Below are positions 19,572 to 28,466 of a DNA stretch of 28,466 nt, piece after piece. Within the stretch, counting starts at the first letter, position 1. Every line of letters starts with the position of its first letter. The DNA is from Zygophlyctis sp. KS116 (lineage: Eukaryota > Fungi > Chytridiomycota). The DNA is taken from NCBI GenBank assembly GCA_054661495.1, contig BAAFSQ010000123.1:1-28466 (forward strand), given 5' to 3'. Position numbers and translations under genes: made by a program. A model generated the notes under the pieces. That model saw only the letters and a program-made list of their open reading frames with translations. It was not told the origin of the DNA and searched no databases.

Positions 19572-21470
19572 CTAAAACTTTAAGAATATGACTCCTCCCA
19601 CTCCTAAAATCCAGCCTAAAGCTCCAAATCCTGTACATACATAAAATGCAATCTTTTGCGTCTCCAAAATTGATTTATAATATTTAACAATACGGTCAAC
19701 CTCCTTTTGAAAAATAAAGCTATTCCCCGATGGAGATTGTCCATCATTAGAAGAATCCGGACCCAGTTTTATAGCCATCCGTTTTGCTAGCACTGATAAA
19801 TCGCCCATGGCTTCATTATCAATAGCTCCTACAGAAGAATTCACTCGAGGAAATTCCAAGTGCATAGAATTCTTTAAACTTTCTCCGATTCCAACAATGG
19901 ATTCGAAAGTAGATCCAATCATACAGTGAACAAACTTGGAAATAGCATCTTTCAAAGGAGGAACTGTATTAAATGCCTTTGAGATCAAGTCATTAAATCC
20001 TGTAGTAAAAGTATTTGTTGTCTGATTGACTACTTGAACTGTGTCATTTATCCATCCGAAAAGAATCTGATTAGTCTGAGTTTCAATCTCTTGAATCCTA
20101 CTATTCGCTTGCAGTACATATGGATCAACTGTTTCTGACACCATTTTTTGAACGGCACGATTTATCATTCCAGTTGTAGTTTGCAACTCGTTATTCACTG
20201 AATTTAAGGCTGACAAACTTGCACGATCTAATATAAGGATCTGTATATTAATCAAAATCAATCCTAATATTCCTATTCCTAGAAAGAGCAAAGACGGATT
20301 ATAAATTGTATAATCCAAAAACCATCGCAGCCGCATTCTCGAGCCATGTTTTCGAATCTTACTGGCGACTTTACTGTAGATTAAGAATGCAACCGGATTT
20401 CTAACAGAATATAAAATATCACCCAACTCTATGGCTCCAAAAGATCCTTTAGTCAATGTGTTTAATCTTTCTTGACTTCTTTCAAACCATTTGTGCTCCA
20501 GATATATCAGATATGCGTTCGCAATTATCATTAAAATACCTAAAACCACCAAAGTCCAAATCATTACTGTGAAACCATAACGTATACCATCTGCCAGCTT
20601 TGGAATCCAACCAGTAGGAACATCCTTGCAAAATGTTGCGTCGGCGGCTTTAGCAGGAACAGGTAAATTTAGATCCGAGAAATAAACCTTTTTCATTGTA
20701 CTATTCAAAGAATCAGATAATAACTTGAATGGTGTTGATATCAGCGCACTGATTTCATTTTGAGCATCTTCCAAGTCAGGCACAGTATTTTTTAAATTTT
20801 GCAGAGTTGATTGAAAATCGGTAGGAAGAGCGAAATTAAGTTTTCCTGCGACTTCTGGAAGTGAAAAGGTTGGTATATTGACATTACTCCCTGAATTACC
20901 AAACATATTCGTGACTGCGTTTGCTGCACTTTGTACACCGCCATTGATTGATCTTATCTGAGAATTGATCCCATCAAGACCGGCATTTAGTGAGTTAGCG
21001 ATACTAGCCATTTGCGTTTGAATCTAAATTTTAATATCTAATTATCATACAAATGTAGTGATCTCTTGAGAATATAGTGAAATAGCACCCAACGTTCCAG
21101 CTAAAATTGAATCTAAAATACAAACGATTAGCTTTTGGTATCTTTTTAATAAGATCACAAGCAGCTGATTCAACAATTTAATAAACATCAATAGCATTTT
21201 ACCCATATGATTTACTACTGATGAGATTGAGGAAGCGATCGCAGCATTTGTCTGTGCAGCAACATAATGAGGTGTGGATGCCAAAGAAGTAGCAGCAACT
21301 TCCAATCCATGACAAGATGATGCCAAGCGGAACTGAGTTTCTTCTATTTTAGAATCAATAGTTTGCCTCATTGTCCATAACGACATTATCGAAAGGATTA
21401 CAATCAAGAGATATGTAGACAAGTAAGATCTAGAGAGCTTTGCCTTTAATCCAAGATATGAAGATTGCAT
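19572..21470 (-). CDS. PRM1: Plasma-membrane fusion protein Prm1
   Basis: N-terminus YLGLKAKLSRSYL followed by a TM helix, SSCHGLEVAATSLASTPHY, multiple TM helices with two large ectoloops, LFGWINDT, CMIGS and LEFPRV. A 27-nt intron at 21024-21050. Start placed at ATG 21470. Confidence 0.88.
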
Positions 21471-21561
21471 TGTATTCAAACTGAAAACGGCCGCACTCAA
21501 CGCACTCAATGACGCAGAGCAGTCAATCAGATCCCATGTTTGGACTGGGAATGAATAATCT

Positions 21562-23097
21562 TTATTGTTCCTTCTTTTCAGATGAAGTATCAGCATCTGC
21601 AATTTCATCCTTTTTCTTAACATAATCATCAGGTATCATCATTTCCAACAACTCACCACCACCAACCAAGAAGAAGAGAGATGAAATTAGCAATATGATA
21701 TGACCGTGATAATAAGTCGTCGAATAGAATTTCATTGAATAATCGAGTCGACGAAGTAAAAATGCAGGCATATTATAAGCTAATAGAGAATGAGTACAAA
21801 TCCATCCAGCAATATCATATAATATGCGAATTTTTTCAAATCTTGAAAGAAATAGTGGCCTGATATATTTTCTACAGTTTCTGCTAATATACGTAAGCCA
21901 AGCCATACCTAAAAATGTTAGATAGTATCCTGGATGATATCCATGCCAAAAAGCTGAAATTAGAAAAGTCACTAAAGTAGCAACAAAAGTAGAGCCTTTA
22001 GAATTTGGAGGATGAATTCTATTATACACTGAATGTCTAAGCCATTCAGCTGTATTTGCATTCCAACCAGCCAGCAAAACTCGAAGATTTGGTGCCAATT
22101 CAATTTGTCTTATATTAACATTTTGCAATCGGTTCCATTTATTTCTTCCATTATAGTCTGTCCCACTGTATCCAAGACCAGCAACGAGACCTGCTCCTTC
22201 TGCTAATTTCCATCCTCTAAAAAGTTATAAAACAAATTAATACGCATAAAACGAACATCTCTGAACAAACCCAGTAAAATATATAAACCAAAATTTACTA
22301 AATAATGATCGATCCATATATTCTGGTTTAAGAGTGATTAGATAATTATACTGACTATCAAAATAAAAATTTATAGCAAAAGGAATCAATGCTTTTACAT
22401 TTAAAGATTTCCAAAATTACCTGTAAACGCAATAAAAATCCCAGGAACCACTCCAGATGGAGCATTTTCAAATCTTTCCTTACTCTTTAACACTTAAATT
22501 TACCTTTTTATAAATATAATTATAATAATCCTTGAATTGAAAGGATGGTCCAATCAAGAAACAAGGAAAAAAGAAAATATAACCCAAAAAATCCAATAAT
22601 GAAGGGAATTCCACCAATCTATATCTCTTTTGGTACATAGTTTGATCCTTTGATGATTAAAATTAGTAACGAACCTTTTCATCTATTTGACCATCGAATA
22701 CAGCCCAAGCAAAAGAGCTCAGTTTTAATACCATTACCATTATTACAATAGTTTGATCTATTCTTCCTGTCTGACCTTTAACTATTTGCGTATACAAATG
22801 ACTAGATTTAGTTCAATATTCATACTTGACGGATAGAACGCCCATGCTAGAGATAATAATTGCAATAGGTGCTTTGGAAGAACCTTTAAAAATATAGCAG
22901 ATCCCATAGCAAATCAAACATAATGAAATAATTTGTAAAAATCCAGTAAAGTTGAATAAATAAGAAAATGAAGACGCAGAGACTATTATAGAAAATATAT
23001 TCTTTGCTTTATTCGGCAGATAATTAAACAATATCGCAAGAGGATAATTTAAGAGAAGAAAAGCTCCAATTCCAAAAACTTCAGGATTTTGTTTCAT
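21562..23097 (-). CDS. ALE1: MBOAT lysophospholipid acyltransferase (Ale1/LPCAT3-MBOAT1/2 family)
   Basis: Introns 22802-22825, 22648-22674, 22479-22503, 22392-22420, 22217-22243. Motifs MVLKLSSFAWAVFDG, FFPCFLIGP, GWNANTAEWLRHSVYNR and SAFWHGYHPGYYLTF. Confidence 0.92.
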
Positions 23098-23148
23098 TTC
23101 AAAAAAACCTAAATTCAGTTAAGTTCAGATTTAATTGTAGTATGTTAA

Positions 23149-23330
23149 TGATTGCTGACTGTTGATTACTGACTGTTGATTATTGACTGTTGATTGCTGA
23201 CTGTTGATTGCTGACTGTTGATTATTGACTGTTGATTACTGACTGTTGACTGTTGACGGATGATCTGATGGTTGATTACTGAATGTTGACTGTTGACGGA
23301 TGATCTGATGGTTGATTGCTGATTACTGAT
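23149..23330. repeat. Heptamer-based minisatellite: 7 x 14 bp (TGATTRYTGACTGT) plus 2 x 40 bp
   Basis: 14-bp units run from 23149 to 23246. 23231-23270 and 23271-23310 differ at one base. The array overlaps the 3' end of the methyltransferase CDS. Confidence 0.95.
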
Positions 23331-24820
23331 CTAATAAGAAATGATTCATTCTCTCCTACCATAGCTTGACTTTGAATTTTAGTTTTTCTAACAGCAACCA
23401 ATGCAACATTTCTAGGAGAAATCTCGTGACGGAAAACATTCTTGAGTTCAACCTCAAAATCACGGTTTTCAGACACGTACTTGTAGCGGTCATAAAGTAA
23501 TAGTGATTCCATGACAGGTCCATAAAATCTACGCATTGTAGAAACAAATGCTATTCTTCCAAGCAATATAGGATATGAGCAAGATTCTTCAAATTCTATT
23601 AATTGGGGTTTTAGAATGTATAGATCAGGTCTAGCAGATAAGGCATAATTTATAAATCCATTTGAAAAAGCATCCTTTTTAAGAGTTCCAATAGATAAAC
23701 GAGGTTGTGAAATATCAGAGTTTTGATTTCTTGATTCTAAAAAACCTTCTAAAAGACAACGATATGCAAATGCTTTCCATATATCAGTTATTCTTTTATC
23801 TGAAAATCCAACCATTGTTTGACATGCACAATTTAAAATTCTATAAGTAGGAATAAATAGATTTTGAGAATCTGTTTGATTATTAAAAGGATATTTGTCA
23901 TTAAATTCCATTGTATGAGATTTTATAGTGTTTGATAAAGGAAAGCCTTTCGGAGATAGCATTTGATAACAACATCCAATACTAATCACACAAGCTACCC
24001 ACGAACAATTAATAAAAGAGTTTAGAATAACTTGACTTGATAGATCTCCACAAGCATGTAAACAAGTTATCAAGATTTTAGAATTTCCTTTGCCAATCAA
24101 AGACTTTTGAAATTCAAGTCTATCGCCTACTTGAATCAAATCATATTCTGATAAAATATCAAAAAGGCTTTGAGAGTCTAATCTCTGAACGATGTGTGTA
24201 ATTTTTTGATGAAATTCTGGACAGCTAGTAAATCGTTTTTGAGAATGTCTAATTTGAGATTCATCACCATCAATAGCAAGAATAGGATAATATTTAGACA
24301 ATTCTACAGTTAAATAGCCAGAACCAGATCCCACATCTACAATACCTTGAACATCATACTGATTTGCATATTGTAGAACCATTTTTGAAAGTAATTCCAC
24401 TTCATGATACTTTTTTTTACCCATTTTCGAGATACAAAGTACATCATTTGTATACTGAAAGTTCCCAAAAATTTCCCTAGAAATAGTCAGCATTTTGGCC
24501 TCTACAAATTTAAATTAACTAGACATACCATTAATAAATCCAATCATACTTTTTGGCCAATAGTTATCTCCAAGAATATCCTCATCTCTGAATGATTGGA
24601 TGGATGGATCAGATAGTTTCATCAATGCTAAAAGCCTTGCAAAGAATGCATCCATGTCCCTGGATATCTCATTATCCACAAAGCTAATCCATTCCTCTGG
24701 GCAAGTCCGTTTAAGCATGCATTGGATTTCAGGTTGAGCAAAAGTAAATATATGAGGCTCAATAATATTATTCCACTTTATGATCCATTCAACCATCTCT
24801 TTGCCTTGTTTAGCTTGCAT
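23276..24820 (-). CDS. METTL25: SAM-dependent methyltransferase, METTL25/RRNAD1 (Methyltransf_32) family
   Basis: MGKKKYHEVELL, IVDVGSGSGYL, LHACGDLS, GCCYQML, ESLLLYDR and ISPRNVALVA. A 27-nt intron at 24502-24528. First ATG is at 24820 (24841 is GTG). Confidence 0.88.
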
Positions 24821-24881
24821 CGCCGTGAGCCAAAGTGCCACTTATTCGCAAATAAACAAGATCCTAAACAGGTAAACAGTA

Positions 24882-25385
24882 ATGAGAGGACAAAAATCAC
24901 AGCGATTTCAAATCTTGGCTCCAGTAACCGGAAGTATTGGGCCTGGATCATATGAGATTGATGGAGCAACTGGATTGTTCAAAACGGTGGCACAAAAGCC
25001 AACATCTAAGCTGGGTGTTGCAGTTACAACTGCATGCAGATTCCCCGATCTAAAAGCATCTGGTCCTGGAGCTGGTGAATATGAAGGAACTACATTTGTG
25101 GATCTATTGGATCACAAAAGTATAACATTGGGCTCAAAGTCATTAATCACAGATCATTCTATTTTGAATACCCCCGGACCAGGGACATATAATCCAAATT
25201 ATGCTATTGGACGGCATGTAGGAAACGATCATAGATTCGCACTTACAAAGTCCGAATGGCTTAAGAAGAAGAGTTTGGAAAATAGAGCAAAACTGGAAAA
25301 TATCAAGGAATTGTTAAAATCAAATGAATCATTTTGGGAGAAGCGTACAGTTAGACGGATAGCACATTTGTCATTGTATTTTTAA
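24882..25385 (+). CDS. STPGR/SHIPPO-repeat (ODF3/pitchfork-like) flagellar microtubule-associated protein
   Basis: PGPG-Y-type repeats IGPGSYE, GPGAGEYE and TPGPGTYNP. C-terminus RRIAHLSLYF. Confidence 0.75.
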   Translation: MRGQKSQRFQILAPVTGSIGPGSYEIDGATGLFKTVAQKPTSKLGVAVTTACRFPDLKASGPGAGEYEGTTFVDLLDHKSITLGSKSLITDHSILNTPGPGTYNPNYAIGRHVGNDHRFALTKSEWLKKKSLENRAKLENIKELLKSNESFWEKRTVRRIAHLSLYF

Positions 25386-25388
25386 AAG

Positions 25389-28300
25389 TTACAATTCACA
25401 TGCAATATGAACATTTTTATCTATCCATACAGAGTCTGATTCCATGCTTGAAATGTAGAATGAGGTTACAAACAAATCCATGTATGGAGATATGAAAATC
25501 CCAGGCTTTGGTTTGAATATATATAATGGGCATTCAAACTTTGTGCCGTTTCTCCCGACTTTTGGAGTTGCCTTGAGATTTTTTATCTTGGTTTCTTGTC
25601 TCAAAATAGGCTGGATCCATACCTTTTTATGAGTTTATAAAAAAAACTTACACACGGTATCTCTATTGAAGATTCAGAAAGTTTGCCCGGTCGTAAGATT
25701 CCTTTTGAAAAATCCCATGATGCTCCAACCAAATTTAGCCCGGATACGTATGCTCCCTTTTCCGGTAAAAGAGATGGTTTTGAACTAAGGATTGAAACTT
25801 CAAGATCAATTAATTCAATTGAATCTTTAGAGTAAGTACAGTAATCAAGACGAATTGCTTCCAAAAACCCTTTTGGACAAAACATTTTGGTGATATCATA
25901 GATTATAAGGCAGCCCTTATTAACCAGATTTGGATTTTGTCGAACAGAGTACCAATTATTTACAAATTGTAGCCGTGAAGGAAAGTCTTTAATGAATTCA
26001 GCAAGTTTTAAGCTGGTAAGATAGCACTTTCCAGATTTTAACCATTCTGATGGAATTTGATTGGTCTGCATCTCCCATATAGTTTTTTCATAATGCTTAA
26101 ATCTGGGAATAGATCCGCTAGCCATGCTTATGAGACGATCCAAAGACCTGATGACTAAAGCAGTCAATGTCTGATAGCTTTCTATATTATATCGAAGGAC
26201 ATGCTCCATAAATTTACTAGCCTTTGAATTATACAATTGTAGACGCTTCGAAGTGACTTTAAAAGGTCTCTTACTAATATTAATTAAACTTTTGAATTGA
26301 AAGCAACCGGTGCTTTGCATCTTTATATCATTTAAAAAGCATTCACAAAGCTCTTTGAATTCCTTTAGAGGCGATACGATGGATTTAAAAGGCCCCTCTA
26401 ATTCCAAATTCTGATATAACCGGAAACAACTTAAAATTTCCTCTGAGAAAGCAGTATTCTTAGAATAACGGGCATTTATATCAAGACCATAGATTGCCGG
26501 AGAAATTAAATCATCCTCTGGTAGCGCTTTTATCTGTTCAACGCATTTTTTCATATCTGATTTTGCATATTTTTCATATATTGTCTTGAATGAAGGTAAA
26601 TCATTATGGGTTGAATCAAACATTGCGATATTGTGAAATCTCGTAAACAGTGAGCAAATTGTTCGTATGTCCCAAGTGTCAAGAGATTGAGAATTTAGAA
26701 TATAATTGTTTGTCAAATGCTGAAATTTATGCAGCAAATCTGTCTGATCAATCAAATCATCCCCGAAATCTAAACAAACTTGTCTGAAAAGCTTGAAGGC
26801 TCTGAGAATTTCGTCATCAGTTATATCAATCGGATTATTCAATCTGACGATTTGAAAGTTTTGCGAGCTTTTAAAAAAGGAAACCGAGAGCAAAAAGCTG
26901 AATAAGACTCGGCGGTAAGTCATTTGCATCTTTGGGCTAGCAGGTATGTTATTTTCAACTGATATGTAAGATGATTCATATATATATGAGCGCAAAGATC
27001 GATTCCTGGGAATGTACACTTTAATTGAGCGCTGAGATATGGAAATCGGCATATTTTCAAAGGGCTTTGAGATGAGCCAAAGCCTAAAGTTTTGATTTCT
27101 TTCTGACAACGTTTTCATTAAATAAGAAAAATGAAAATCCAAATAATACAAAGCATTTGAGTTACGATCACAGCCAGTAAGAATAAGCCACCTCCCTCGC
27201 CGAATTGAGTCCAACAGGACATTGGCCAAATCATTGATAACATCCTTATCATCTAAATTTAGAAACGAGGTCGCATTGGTCATTAACTTTTCCGATGCCA
27301 AACGCTTGATCATTTTCACGACATTATCCTGACCTTCATTGATAATCCATATGAAAGCGCTGATACTTGAAAATCTAAAATTGCTTTGTATAGGGTCCAC
27401 TGGGTCTATGGTGGCACTTGGAGATATAACTGAAGTGAATAAATTCTGCACTGCTAAATTTAAAGAGTCTGGACGCAGTACATAAATTATAATCAGCTTA
27501 TCAAGTGCTGAAAGATTGGAAAATTCAGTCGGATGAGTTAATTTCAAAGGATTTTCAGCGTTTGATAGATTTTCCCAAGCTGAATCTACCTTCTTGTTGA
27601 ATGTTCTCGTAAAATAAGAAGCACTTTCTACTATATGTTTGAATTTCTGCCATCTGCATAGTCGTTCCCATTTGTCAATTAAAGTTCCTGAAATCCAATC
27701 AGGCTTTTCAATTTGATTAGAAAAATCCGATTCTTGCCTGCTCGATTTTCCGCCTAAAAACTTCACGTATTCGTCCAAATTTCTAACTGGACTCTCCAAT
27801 ATGTACTTGCATGCAATCAGCGCTAATTCTAGAGACCATACAGATAACTCTGACATATTTAATCCTGGCCGAACATAATTAAAAACAGCGACCAGCAGTT
27901 GGGAAATGCAAGATCTTAATTGGTGTCCTTCGAAAGAAGCTAACTGACGACCAGATAATGCACATAAGTCTAAAAACCACATGAACCCAATATAATTCTT
28001 CAGACTTAACAGCGTCAATTTATCAACTGAGAAAAATATTTCAGCCATCGGTTTTGACAATTTTTTTATCATGGATGTTTTTTCCGCCTTTTTTTGCTCC
28101 TGTCCATCTGAAATTTCCATTTTCCCTATAATAGACATCGCCAACTCATCATTTTCTATTATGTTTCGATACAAATCACCGTGGCTCAGGTCTCCTTTTT
28201 GGATCATTAAAACAAATTCAGCACTTCGATTAGCCAGAAATTCGTATCTATTCCGAAGACTAGCAGCTTCAGTATCAATGCTTTTAAAATCATCTTTTTC

Positions 28301-28466
28301 CTCCTTAAACACTTCTGACAAAAGATGCTCGAAAATCAATGAATGAGCTGTGTTTTGGTCTAATGAACAGTAGATCAATGAGCATTTTTTCAGCCAAGTA
28401 TAGCTATTCAAGAATTCCAGAGGCTCAGAAATTATTATATAAACCTTAAAATTCGAGTCAACCGGT
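25389..28466 (-). CDS. Divergent dynein heavy chain-like protein, C-terminal part (end of AAA5 region, AAA6/D6, C-terminal domain); 5' end lies beyond the window
   Basis: Frame is open to the window edge. Motifs LDKLIIIYVLRPD, GRWLILTGCD, NFRLWLIS..MPISISQRSIKV, IYGLDINA, NQIPSEW, GAYVSGLNLVGASWD, and after the 29-nt intron 25623-25651, FECPLY..WIDKNVHIAC. Confidence 0.85.

Noticed and set aside
8241-21470. Mating-type or sex gene cluster (SPP1, NAM8, PRM1, GATA factor)
   Set aside because: No HMG, homeodomain, pheromone or receptor genes are present. The genes are interspersed with unrelated housekeeping genes, so chance adjacency is sufficient.
21471-21629. Apparent PRM1/ALE1 coding overlap in the ORF track
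   Set aside because: Prm1 similarity begins at MQSSYLGL (ATG 21470), leaving a 91-nt gap. The upstream extension is probably fortuitous.
24104-24130. Possible additional in-frame 27-nt intron (GTAGGC..AAAG) in METTL25
   Set aside because: The frame is open either way and the donor is weak. It cannot be decided without cDNA.
816-25651. Pseudogenes, programmed frameshifts or stop-codon reassignment as the cause of ORF fragmentation
   Set aside because: Each break examined is resolved by a GT-AG segment of 23-35 nt that restores the frame and, in known families, conserved motifs. TAA, TAG and TGA all serve as terminal stops.
1058-28346. Antisense or alternative-frame ORFs (for example 1058..1309, 7961..8269, 10616..10912, 15656..16211, 18164..18454, 24404..24969, 28071..28346)
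   Set aside because: They overlap well-supported genes on the other strand or frame and show no recognisable motifs.

Overview
AT-rich, extremely gene-dense eukaryotic nuclear DNA. It is most likely from a flagellated (zoosporic, chytrid-type) fungus: it has a Zn2Cys6 transcription factor and PRM1 (fungal), plus an STPGR/ODF3-type protein and a divergent dynein heavy chain (flagellar). The fragmented ORF track is explained by about 53 tiny GT-AG introns that I located by hand. They are 23-35 nt, apart from one 57-nt intron in histone H1, and removing them gives 19 clean protein-coding genes plus one tRNA-Phe(GAA). Main signals: (1) a miniature-intron splicing regime with many AAG acceptors; (2) near-zero or negative intergenic spacing in tandem, divergent and convergent arrangements, implying promoters and UTRs buried in neighbouring genes or multi-gene transcripts; (3) a Gtr2/RagC GTPase whose G3 motif reads DFPNL instead of DFPGQ; (4) a wHTH-GATA-GATA-RING protein; (5) CGCG (MCB/SCB-like) promoter clusters and a TAGG minisatellite, both with 11-bp phasing; (6) a CpG-poor domain starting next to the tRNA gene. 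All gene models are manual and untested against transcript data.
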